Positions 36,141-64,000 of a stretch of DNA of 64,000 bases are shown here, piece after piece. Under the pieces are notes generated by a model. The model was not told where the DNA came from, made no database searches, and worked only from the letters and a program-made list of their open reading frames with translations. Position numbers and translations under genes: made by a program. How positions within the stretch are numbered: position 1 is the stretch's first letter; every line of letters starts with the position of its first letter. The DNA comes from the human T2T-CHM13v2.0 reference genome, Homo sapiens, in assembly GCF_009914755.1 (NCBI RefSeq), contig NC_060941.1; one strand, written 5' to 3'.

Positions 36141-37948
36141 TTACTTCCTCCCCTCAGTCCTAATCCCTCCCGTGCCCATTCAGTCTTCCCCAAGAGATAA
36201 TCAGTTTGGTTTGTCTCCTTTCAGATCTTTTTCCATGCTTTTATAAGATGTACCCCCACAGAAACTTACAGCGGTTAGCATATAATACATATTATAATGC
36301 AACTTACTACATATAGATTTAGTTCATTCCTTATGTGCTGTATAGTTTTTCATTATATAACATTAGTAATATACAGGTATTCACTTACTGTTCATATTTA
36401 GGCTGTTACCCGTCATGAAAAACCATATACATGCCTCCTTAGATACATACAGAGAGTGCTTCTCCAGTGAGCACTAGGGTCATTCCCAGTTTTTTGGTCA
36501 TTGCCAGACTTCCTTCCAAGTGGCTCTACCAATTTACATTCCCACAATTGTGCTTTTCCTAGCCTCTTGTTCACTATTGCTTAGTAGTTTCTACAATTCA
36601 ACTTTTTAAAAATTATAGAAGAACCTATCCTGTATAGCCTATCTAAGGGTAGCTGTTTAAATAATGAAGAAAAATCAATATCCACTTATCCTGTCATTCA
36701 GAAGGTATAAATCTGGCACCCTGCTATTATGTCCTCATTTCTATTCCCAAGCAGACCATCTGTAATTCAAAGTAGAAAACAGTGTGGAGAGAGAAAGATA
36801 CATGTATATATATATATGCCATTTGGCCTCAATGCTCAATGTTAACACAAAGATATAGTGTTAACAGTATTACTATATGTGGGTATGTGCCTGGAAACTA
36901 AAAGTGGATCCACTCTTCCCTTCTACTATGTCCATACAAAGTTGTTCTTGGCTTTACCACAATACACATGGTTAGTACAGACTGTAGAATGGATGGTGGC
37001 TCCATATCTTTACTTCACAGACTGCCAGTGTCTGTAATCAAAATGAACCACCCCATCTTTGCAAAGCATCAGGTTGCCCCATCTGCCACTACTTCTGTTC
37101 CCCCAGCATCCCTGAGCTTGAATACATCACATTAAAAAAAATCGTAGTCTGAGAAAATTCTGCTCTTTTCTAACAGAAAGTTCGTATTAACAAGCATAAA
37201 AATGTGAAGAAAAATATAGAATGAAATCTGTATGTTGTACAACAAAGCTCTTTGTCCATGAATCAACCAGTAACAATTTATAAACTTTAGAGGACAAATG
37301 GAGAAATACGCAAGTTGGATGGGTTTTCCTCTACTAAGAATGAATGCTCCCATTCTGAAACATGTAAAATATGCCACTATAAAATTAACAATTTAAATTA
37401 ATTTCTGAGGAGGAATGTGTCTTTGAAAACTGCCCACAAGAACAGAACATAAATTTAGAAAGACATCACTTAGTTTATTGTCACAGGAAATCTGTTGTAT
37501 ACTTAAACGCTGCAGGAGAGTCTTAAACATATCATGGAGAGAATGTCCTTAAGTATTCATTAGTTTTTTTCGTTTCCATAATATAACAAAATGACTATTT
37601 AACATATGTTGATGACAAATGTTCTAGTTTATTCATTTGCTTCCAGCAGTTTCTCGAATCAAATACACAATTTATCATTCTCCTGGTTCACAAACTTCTG
37701 AAGCTATCAAAAATGTGGTACTCATTAGTTCAACTATATTAAAAAATGTTTCCAAGTATCCTTCTTTCCCTCAGGAGAGGAAAAAAAAAAACAAAAAACA
37801 CCTTAGTCAAAAGGCAGCTAATAGTCCAATTTCCTTTACAAATCTAACCAAATTGTAATAACTGATTGTCTTTAACTCATTAAACAAAATAAGATTAATA
37901 ATAAATGTTGCATCTAATCCAGCATTTTACTCTTTAAAAAGAATTTTT

Positions 37949-38735
<787 letters not shown>

Positions 38736-38929
38736 AATAGGTATAATTTCATAAAATTCTTGTAATTTATCAACTCTGTGTTGGTTCCTTTGTTTTTGGG
38801 AGAAGGAAGGAGGAAGGGAGGGAGAAAGAAGGAAGTGTTGGGGGGGCACCTTACAGACAAGGTTACAAGTTTTCAGCTTCCCTAAAGTAATCAGTGATGA
38901 TTCTCGTGCACTATTATTCCCCCAAAACA

Positions 38930-39285
38930 TGCTTAATCTGTTCAGGCTGCTACAACAAAATATCTCAGATTAGATAATTTATAAACCAGGGAAATTTACT
39001 GCTCACAGCTCTGGAACCTGAGAAGTCCAAGATCAAAGTACCAGCAGATTCAGTGTCTGGTGAGAGCCTTTTCCTCATAAATGGTACCTTCTGTGTCCTG
39101 ACATGGTGGGGCAAAGCAAGTTCTCTCAGGCCTCTTTTAGAAGGGCACTAATCCCATTCATGAGGGCAGAGCCCTCATGAAGTAATCATTCCTGAAGGCC
39201 CCACTTCTTCATACAATCACATTGGGAATTAGGTTTCAACATATGAATTTGGTGGTATAAGGGAACAAACACTCAGATCACAGCA
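38930..39285 (-). mobile_element. MLT1A/MST-like MaLR solo LTR
   Basis: gagaagtccaagatcaaagtaccagcagattcagtgtctggtgag...aggtttcaacatatgaattt. Confidence 0.8.
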
Positions 39286-39329
39286 CCTGCTAAGCCAATC
39301 ATATTTATTTGGTTTTTGAGGGGTTGTCT

Positions 39330-43045
<3,716 letters not shown>

Positions 43046-43871
43046 TCCTTCAAAGAGCCATATAAGCTAACCAGCAACAACAACAAAACAAAATTCCACC
43101 TAATCAACTTCACCCTGTTTCATACAATTCCAACCTTCCCGCAGAAAGAGAAATACAGTATTTAGAGATACTGAAGCATTTCACACTGTACAACAGCACT
43201 GGATAGTATAATGCTTCCTGTTTATTTTAATGTAATTTTTTAACGCAATAGAATGAAATACACATTAGATTGCTTTTTATTTCACTATGTAGTAAATATT
43301 TTCACTTCATAGAAGTCAACAGGGAAAAGTGTTCTATTGTTATAGTTAGTAAGAAATCCCAATATAAACATTTAAAAGAGCTTCTCTACTAGAGGAAAAT
43401 CTTTTCAACAAAAGACTCTGCTTCAAACAAAACAAGACTACTAGTTACAGGGCCATTGCGGTTGGGGGGCGGGGGAAACGAGGGGAAAATATATTTAAAC
43501 TGAGGTCCTAGTGAAAAACCAAGAATATTACCAAAAAAAAACCCACATACACACAAAAACTATTAAAACTAAGAATTAAATCTACCCATCAAAAAATAGT
43601 AAACATAAAGTAAGTCCAGGGGTTTATGTTTCTACTGCACATAGTAAGCACTTCACAGTTGTCAGCAATTTCCTAATAATCATACATGGTTCTATACACA
43701 ACCTCGAAATGGCAACATTATTAAGTTTTAATACATATAAGCGAAAGTGTACAAACATTTCCCAAACAACCAAACCAAAACAAATAAAAGTCTGGACTTC
43801 ATATAATGCAATCCAAGTTTCTCTGAGAAAATGAAAAAGTTTCTGATGCAAGACAACATGGAGAAAATTAA

Positions 43872-46521
<2,650 letters not shown>

Positions 46522-47226
46522 TTAAATGAAACACATGTATAAATGGCCAACATGCACATATAAAGGGTGTTCAACATCACTTAGTCAAGGAAATGCAGAT
46601 TAATCCACATTGAGATACTACTTTCCAACAATCAGGATGGCTAAACTGAAAGACTGACAATATGAAGCACCAGTCCTGCAAGCTCCTTTCATGTAAGTAA
46701 AAAGGCCACATGAGACATTAGAAGAATAAACTGCCAACAACTCATAGTCTTGAAAGGAGACTTAGGCAAGTGACAGTGTTCAGGGTTGAATTAGTGATAA
46801 ATACTTAGAATACTAAGCAAACACAAATAAAATCAGTCATCAGCTCCAAGGAAAACAAACATTGTGCTAGAAAAGTAATCAAAACTTACTACCTAATTTC
46901 AGCTGTGAATCCTACGCATATGCTCATAAGGTAAACATTTAACAGTTATCTAAAATTACCATATAACTATTGCGGTAGGATTAAGTAACAGGGAGAGGGG
47001 AAGGGGAAGTGGCTAAGGTGGAAGGAAGGGAGAGACAACTAAATTCTCATGCTCAGAAGTGGGAAGTCAACAGATAATGCTGAAACTGAAAAATCAATAC
47101 CAAATACCAAAGATCAACTAAAAGAATACAAAGTGGTCTCCTCTAAGAGAAGGAAAATGCCAAGGAAAATTAAGGAGCTGGTTGTCATTTAACAAATCCT
47201 GGTCAAGCTATTAACACTTTAAACTA

Positions 47227-49830
<2,604 letters not shown>

Positions 49831-50534
49831 TATAGGTATGTATAACATGGACAGAAACAGACATCTCAGAAAAAGCAAGATACAAAATTTTATGTACATT
49901 ATGATTAAAACAATACTAAACACTAATTTGAAAAAAGAGTAACAGCAAATAATTAGCTGTGTTTGGTGATGAGATCATTAGTGAAATTTTCTCCCTTTAT
50001 CTTCCAATCTCTTAGTAATCTTGTATATTGTTTTTTGTAATATTTAAATAAGTTTTACAAAAGTGCTGTTGGTGGCTGGTAGTTGATATTCCTGTTTGTC
50101 TTTGTTTATGAAGCTCCCTCCTTCTCTGTGGATACCACGCTTCTTCTTACCCTATATATCTATAACCAACTGTGAGAGAGTTTTTAATGTTTTGACAAAA
50201 AATTTTAAAGGTCACACAGAACAATCATAATCTTTTCCACTGATTACTATGATCCCTTTGAATAGTCTCAGCTTGCATGGTCATTTTTACAGTCCCATAC
50301 TACTATGCAAACTGAGAAATGACTACATATAATATAGATTTACTCTCTATCTTAGTAATTTTCATCTTTATCATTGAGTACTTAAAGGAACGTCTACAAT
50401 GCACCATAAACCATACAGCAGAATGTTAGAATTTTCACTATAAAACCAAACACGTCATATATGCACACCCATGAAGTGTACAAACAATACATACTAAATT
50501 ATCTCTTAACACTATTTTTCCTTTTTCTGGTGTT

Positions 50535-52265
<1,731 letters not shown>

Positions 52266-52854
52266 TTAAAAATATAGCATTTCATTTTTAAAAGTGCCTA
52301 CAAAAGCAGAAGATTTTAAAACATATAAATGTCACTTGCATCACTAAATACCCACTTAACCTTCGAACAGTCTCTACTCCAATAACACACATAACAAATA
52401 AACCCTAGGCCCTTACAGCAATTGGGCTAAGAAAGGTTAAATTTCAGAATTCATAAAGATAGGAGGCATTTCTCATTCTTATGGTAGAGACTACCTGCTG
52501 TCGTCTGTGTACATGCTTACAATAATAAAGGCCAACCTTTTATTAATGTTTGCTAATAAATATCCTCCTGATTTTCCATTCCAGCTAAGATTTGATAATA
52601 TAATTGACTCTTCCGTGTTTTCATCACAAGCAGCACTGTTACAGATATCATTTCCTCTTAATTTATCCACAGGCTGTGTGAATAATTTAGAAAATTATTT
52701 TCAAAGGACTCTATCTAGGGAAGTCTTTTGGGTTTTAGAGTAGGGTTCTTTCTATTCTGGTTTTCTGCAGCTGTGGGGTCACTCTATCAGAATTTCATGG
52801 TTATACCCTTTGCACAATCTGTAACATTGTTTAAGTTCAAAACTACATACATTA

Positions 52855-53897
52855 TTTCATCAAAATTAAAAACTTTTGGGCATTAAAAGATCCTATCAAG
52901 ACCATGAAAGACAATCCACAGATATTAATATATCTGTAACCCACAGAAATATTTGGGAGAAAATATTTGTAAATCATATATCTGATGTGAGAATAATATC
53001 CAGAATGTATAAAGAACTACAGAACTACAACTCAACAACAAAAAAGCACACATCTCAATTCAAAAATGGGCAAAGGATTGAATAGACATGTCTCCAAAAA
53101 AGACATACAAATGACCAATAGCACATTAAAAAAATGCTCATTAGCACTAGCCATTAGGAAACTAAAAATCAAAATGACAATACTATGTCACACCCATTAG
53201 GATGGTTATTAATTGAAAGAAAACAAAATAACAAGTATTGGGTAGATATGGAGAAAATGGAAGGAGCACTTGTGCATTGCTGGTGGAAATATAAAACGGT
53301 ACAGAAGCTGTGGAAACCAGTTTAGCTGTTCCTTAAAGGGTTAAATATAGAATTACCATATGACCCAGCAATTCCATTCCTAGGTTTATATCCAAAAGAA
53401 GTGAAAGCAGGACTCAGACAGATATTTGTACACCAATGTTCACAACAACATTATTCACAATAGCCAAAAGGTGGAAACAACTCAAATATGTCCCATCAAC
53501 AGATGGATGTACAAACAAGATGTAGTATATACAAATTATTCAGTCAAAAAAAGAAATTAAATTCTGCTATGTACTACAACATGGATAAACCTTGAAAACA
53601 TTATCCTAAGTGAAATAAGAAAGGTCAAATATTGTACGATTCTATTTACATGAAGTATCTAGAATAGGCAAATTCATAAAAACAGAAAGTAGAATAGAGG
53701 TTACCAGGGGCTGGGGAAAAAAAGGGATAGAGAATTTCTGTTTGGGATGATGAACAAGTTCTGGAAATGGATAGTGGTGATGGTTATACAATATTGTGAA
53801 TGTACTTCATGCCACTAATTGTACATTTTTTAAAATAGTTCAAATGGTAAATGGTATGTTCTATATATATATATATTCACAATAAAAATAAAATAAA
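52855..53897 (+). mobile_element. L1MB-like 3' end (ORF2 tail and 3'UTR)
   Basis: aaatatagaattaccatatgacccagcaattccattcctagg...ggatagtggtgatggttatacaatattgtgaatgtactt. Confidence 0.85.
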
Positions 53898-55154
53898 TTG
53901 GCAAAGCCAGGAGAAGGTGGGGGAGAGCTATGTACATACCTGAGTTTGTGAAGATCAGACAAAAATTCACATGAACTATTTTGAAAGTCTTTTACAATAA
54001 TCCTAGTAAGACATAGTTGAAAATATAATACTGATCATGACTAAGCCATAATCCTATTGCAGTCAAAATCATAATTTAGTACAATTTTTTGCTTTCTCAA
54101 AGATATGAGAAAAGCTGCATACATGTATTTGTATACTAGAAAAACATACCTTTTAGTAAGGGTTTTACAGCAATGCAAATGTCAAAGTAGCACTGGCATA
54201 AATTGAGGCAAATAGTTTTTTAACTAGTAGGAGATAACTGTGAAGGACTTAGTAAATGTGAAAACTTTGAAAAGCTGAAAAATCCACCTGTAGTATTTTG
54301 ACTTCACTGACATAGGGAAATGCACAAACATCTACTACATTCCAGATTTAGGGACTCAGGATACTAAGATAAACAGAAAAAGTCTACCCTTTCAAAAGTT
54401 TAGCTTATCTCTGCCAGGATCACAAGAGGCACTAGTGAAGAACAGACATTTTGGGGGCATTTTCAAATTCTCAAACTGACACAAATACATGAGATGCGCA
54501 AAAGTCTTCTAAATTACAGTGTAACCTACAATTGTCTATCTTCTAATAAATTCTTCTAACACATAGAGAACTTCTGTGTAGTGCAGTCCTCTGAGACCTG
54601 TAATTATAAACTTCAGTCACATTGCTATAAAATTCCAAATTGGGAGTTTGAAATATGAGCCACATGTTACTTAACGTTCAGAAGACGTATAAATGAGAGC
54701 AAAAGGTTATGGCTTAACAGAAAACTAAATAAGAAATAACTATTGATTTTTAAATAGCAACATATCACAATCATACAGACACACCAATGACTGTAACCAT
54801 ATGGTTCTCTCAATCATCAAGCATATGCTAAATTTGTGCTTAAAACAGTCCAATGTGGTTTTAAAAAAAGGTTACTCTTCAGCAGCTTTCAATCTAGTTG
54901 GGAGAGTAAATTAATACACATAAAACATGTGTTATTTATGTACATATATATGTAAAAATACTCAAATACAAAGGATCCAAATGTAAGAATTCAAAGGAGA
55001 TAAGTAAGTTCAGGAAAGCTCCAAAGAAGGTAAGATTTAGGCAAAGTCCAGAAGGATAGACAGAATTGAATGGAAATGAACCCTTCATAATCTAACTTCA
55101 TCTTGCCTTTCCAACACATTGTACAATACAAAATTATTAGAATAGATAAAAGCA

Positions 55155-55203
55155 GTCTATGGCCATACCAACCTGAACATGCCAATCTCATCTGATCTCA
55201 GAA
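55155..55203 (+). pseudogene. 3'-truncated (tailless) 5S rRNA retropseudogene, about nt 1-50 of 5S
   Basis: gtctatggccataccaacctgaacatgccaatctcatctgatctcagaa versus 5S GTCTACGGCCATACCACCCTGAACGCGCCCGATCTCGTCTGATCTCGGAA; differences are mostly CpG decay; TSD ataaaa(g/a)ca. Confidence 0.88.
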
Positions 55204-55224
55204 TAAAAACAAATTAGAAAAGAA

Positions 55225-58192
<2,968 letters not shown>

Positions 58193-58334
58193 CTTTAAGC
58201 ACAAACTTTTTAAAAGCTGCTGAAAGGAAAAGAAATTTTGAGGTGGATACATATAGTATAACTCGATTCCTGTCTTTATTTTTTACCCCCCGATCTGACA
58301 AACATGAAAGCTCTCCACAACTTCTCTCCATTAT

Positions 58335-59135
58335 TTATACATTTATACATTCATCCAGACATCCAATATTTACTGAGCACTTAAAATACATTAGGCACTG
58401 CACCTATCCTGACACTGGGGATTCAGCAACAGACCTGACAATAAACGTGATAATTACGTATTATGATAAAGGCTGTACACAAACTGTTCAGAATATTGCA
58501 CAATAGTGATAGACAAATACCACTTCATATGAGGTGATAAAGGAAGGCGTCCTTGAGGCCATCTGAGCTGTGGCCATCAGATATGAGAATGAGCCAGACA
58601 TGTAAAAATTCATAAATAGTCTTTCCAGGATGAGAGAAAGTAGCAAATGCAAAGGCTGCAAGCCAGAATAGGTTCCAAGAACAAGAAGATGGCTAGTGTA
58701 GCTAGTGTACAGGAGGCAAGGGGTAAATTACTACAATTGAGGTTGGAGTTTTAAGCAGGAACCAAATTATTTACAGCCTTGTAGACCACTATAAAGACTA
58801 CATTTTTAAAAATTAATTATAGACTTTAAAGAAAGGAATAACAAGATCTGGTTTGGATTTTAAGAATACACTGACTGTGTGAAACTAGGAAACTACTGCA
58901 CAGTGTCTTGGAGCAAAAGATGATGGCAGTGGGGACTAAAGTGGAGGCAATTAAGCAGAAGCTAACAGACTAAACTCAATACCAAACTAATAAAACTTGG
59001 TGACAGATTCTAACTGGAGATAAGGGGATATGGTCAGAAAGTGAGAGAAAGGGAGGAACTGAGGATATGTCTAGATTTTTCAGTTTAGTACTTGTGTTGC
59101 AATAGTGATGCCATTTGCTGTCATGGGAAAGACTA
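58335..59135 (-). mobile_element. L2 fragment
   Basis: cattcatcc...atatttactgagcac...aggcactg is an L2 3' end, followed by a purine-rich body. Confidence 0.65.
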
Positions 59136-59384
59136 GTGGAGGCCTATCTTGTTAGAAAGATCCTTTTCATAATGTAATCTCTCCAGACCCTTTCACGAGT
59201 CATCACCAAAAGGCAACCATAGCAAATGTTAAAAGGCTTTTGCCACAGGGATAAGATGCTGGGGCAACCAAGCTTCTTTACAGAAATGAAAGACACTGGA
59301 CAACTTCCTCTGTAAAATCCCACTTTAGCATAGTTTTGCTTTTAATGCGGTCCAGTGTCTAGTACCCCAACAAACATGTTATAG

Positions 59385-60801
<1,417 letters not shown>

Positions 60802-60956
60802 TTAAAAAAAATTAAAAAGAGCCTTATGTTAATGAATACTAAGTCCCTAATAAAGAGGGGTGTTAAGGAAAGGTCTTGAATTCTGGTCATCTTTGAATAG
60901 ATACATCTTAGGATACATCTCTGACTATAAAAGAAAATTCTATTCTATTGCTGCAT

Positions 60957-60980
60957 AACACACACACACACACACAACAC
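60957..60980. repeat. (CA)n microsatellite
   Basis: Direct reading. Confidence 0.85.
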
Positions 60981-62599
60981 AAAAGAAACAAACGGAAAGA
61001 ACAATAAAGGAAACACTTGAAAAGCTAGTTTTTACCAGGCTTTTGTGCCAATAATTAACTACATACCTCTAACTTCCAAGAGTTCTTTATTATTAAATGA
61101 GAGGACTTATTGGAATGCAGAAAGACATTAAACTGCTCAACTTAAACACAAATATGTCATGAGGCCCAAAAAGCAAAAGCAGAAGCATAAACAAGCTCTG
61201 AAAGGAGAAGCCATGCTTCCCGGATACAGTATAAAAAGAACTGTCAGTCCCACCTTAATCTTCTCAGTACACTATCCAACTACTAATTTTTAGTTCATAA
61301 ATTAAAAAAAAAAAAAAAAAAATCCCTCCACCACTGCAGCTGTTTAACATTAAAGCTTCTAATTCAAACTCTCAGCATTACTCTGGTGCTGCAAAAACAG
61401 ATTTTTCTCTAGTGACAACAAAAATAATAATCACTTCTCTAACTTTTCCAATGATCCAAGCATGTAATCCAGTGCCAAAAATCTTCCTTTTCTCGTCCTG
61501 AGAAAATATCTGGCTATGGGTTGGGCATCACAATCCCAACTCTAACTTCCTTACACATCTTTCTGGAAGGCAACCCTGAGTGCTGTCACTGTAAAGTCTC
61601 ACTAAGCACAAAGAGAGACAATGAACAAGGAAAAACAAACAAGAGCTGTCCAGTTTGGTAAATGGGGAGCTCACTAACCAGCAAGTGATGTCCCCTCATT
61701 TTGCTCATCCCCCAAAATCCAGAGTTCATCAATATATTTATCTCCTCTTGTCAGAGACACACCAAACCTACGAACTAAAGATTAGTGAGGTGAAAACAGT
61801 GAAATTAGTGAAACAGTGAGATTAGTGAAAACAGCACCTTTGTAATCACTCAGGTGACTACATATAAGCAGACTACTTAAAAACTGCCCCATTTTTCTCC
61901 TTTACAAATAGTAAGATCTGGTATACTTTTAAAAGGCTTAACCGAAACCAACAATTCCAAACTAATGCTAGAAAGTTCACTGGTGAATTTTAAAAATTCA
62001 TAGGAAGGCAAATAAGTGCTTTAATAAGGGAGATAAATACGCATCCCAGAAGGTACTGACTGTGAAATTCAATTTCCGTGTATAGAATGATACATTATGC
62101 TAAACGAACTAACATCACATCATAGGTAGTATAAATCTAACGAAATTTTAAGATTAATACTGAGAAATTGGTGAACAAAATCTTAGTTGGGAGTCAATGT
62201 TTTAAAGCATCTTAGATTTGGTGGATAAGCAAAATGAAAAGTACTGAATTATCAACTGTTACATGCTTAATTATTCCACTAGCAAACACAACTACCTATA
62301 AGTGACTAGGAAATTAAATCCTTTAACACTCAATTATTGAGCATATACTATAAAATGAGCACAGTGCTAGCAGCACTTCTAGGCCATCAGAGACACCCAT
62401 ACACACTCTGTATTTCCGTAGCACTTTCTCCTATAGCACTGCAGCACTTAATATACCATAAGCTAATCATTTATAAATGATATGCATATATACTACTTTT
62501 GAACATATTATGTGCATTATTAAACATACACAAGTTAGAACTATAAACAGAATTTCTAGTATTTTATTCGCATCCTCTATGAATAGGCTTACATTCTTT

Positions 62600-62923
62600 G
62601 ATACAACTTACAATGAGATTACCTCCCAATAAACCCATCATAAGTTGAAAATATCATTAAGTCAAAAATGTATTTAATACACCAAATTTACTGAACATAA
62701 CTTAGCCTACCTTAAACATGCTTAGAACACTTACATTAGCATACTGTTGGACAAAATAACACAGTAATGCATTGAAAATCTCATGTAATTTATTAGTGTA
62801 CTGAAATATTAATACTATGGTTATTAATACTAAATATTAATACTTTACTGAAATATGATTTCTACTGAACGCATATAGCTTCTGCACCATCGTAAAGTTA
62901 AATTGTAAGTCGGGGATTGTCTA
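62600..62923 (+). mobile_element. Tigger4 (MER46) DNA transposon fragment
   Basis: caacttacaatg...aataaacccatcataagttgaaaatatc...gtaagtcggggattgtct. Confidence 0.78.
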
Positions 62924-63224
62924 TATACACTTAGTGGAGATCACTGACCCAAGCTATATGATCCTAGAGAGAGGGGTCTTGGTTATCCATTTCCTTAGTG
63001 CCTAATTCATACCCAGCCTTCAGTAAAAATCTGCTGAATTAATGAGCAAAAGGACATTTTAAAATATGAATCCATAACATAACTTTTTGACACACTATAG
63101 TTCATCACTCAGCTACTAAGAGCAATATAAATGCCAGATTTTAAAGAAAGGGATTAGAAGAAATTCACCCACTGTATTTTATTACTACAATTTAAAAGTT
63201 AAGAATCATTTTAATTCAGCCGAT

Positions 63225-63228
<4 letters not shown>

Positions 63229-63263
<35 letters not shown>
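63229..63263. repeat. (CA)n microsatellite, about 17 units
   Basis: Direct reading. Confidence 0.95.
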
Positions 63264-63264
<1 letters not shown>

Positions 63265-64000
63265 CGCCTTATAATCCTGTTTCCAGAAAGATGAAAGGAA
63301 GGACAGAGAAGCAGATAAGACAGAAGAATTAAAAAACTGGTGAAGATTTTTAAGATGTCTTAGAGTTCTAAAAGGATCTAAAATGCAACTCATCTTTCAC
63401 CGAACGGTTTTTGAATGCTGTGTTCCAAGCATTTAAAACACGTTTTTAAGAATACACAAGCCACAAACTTAGATGCAACAAGGAGGTGAAATAAAGAGAT
63501 GAAGAATGTGCTGCTCAAATTTCCAGTATCCATGAAGTACAAGTGTACTTCCTTAGAAAACACACGCAATATAAACAAGAGTCAAGGCTTTCCTTGTGTT
63601 TTACTCAAAATATTTAAGAAAGATAGATTCAAGCCAAAAAATAAAAGCTACCAGTAATACATCTCCCTAACAGTGTTTAAATGTACACTTTTAGAAAACG
63701 TTAAGGTTTAGACAACTGACAAACAGTCTAGCTAAAATAGTGTGCAAAAACCAATCTTCCTAATTTCTAGGTGCTTCTAAAATGTAACTGAAGTCACTAG
63801 ACTGCCCTTCCACTCAGGCCCAGTAAGTGTTATCTGTCATTAACATAACACTTCGTTTCCAAGGCCCCGCTTTGCAAGATAAACTGCCTGCAATTCCATG
63901 TTTGTATGTGGTAATATATGCCTATTTTTTTAAATACTACCTGTGTCTAGGCATTATTTAGCATTCAATAATTTTAAGTAAAGCCAAGGAGGCAAGTATT

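Noticed and set aside
36840-37130. Possible snoRNA or pseudogene in unique sequence with a small hairpin
   Set aside because: No convincing C/D or H/ACA architecture and no recognisable protein match.

Overview
Human genomic DNA: two human-specific AluYa5 copies are present, and the window is very Alu-dense (about 90 Alu pieces). It is almost entirely intronic sequence of USP32, transcribed on the minus strand. The only protein-coding exon I can support is USP32 coding exon 2 (20422-20549, 128 nt), which translates exactly to (V)TDVELKRLKDAFKRTCGLSYYMGQHCFIREVLGDGVPPKVAE and has canonical AG/GT sites. Sequence to its right is intron 1 and sequence to its left is intron 2. Other elements are a MER52 solo LTR, an LTR7 (HERV-H) solo LTR inside an Alu, MaLR LTRs, Tigger2/3/4 and MER2 DNA transposons, old L1M and L2 fragments, a tailless 5S rRNA retropseudogene, and a rearranged L1PA6-like element. 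I cannot support a novel multi-gene system here. The most unusual structures are: (1) a twin-primed L1 with a near-complete inverted 5' half, an open extended ORF0 and an antisense promoter facing its own ORF2; (2) an AluY whose tail is joined to an exact 50-nt copy of sequence from 1.5 kb away; (3) several locally templated duplication and fold-back scars; and (4) a candidate Alu-derived poison exon for USP32. Repeat subfamily calls are from remembered consensus sequences, and most repeat boundaries are approximate.
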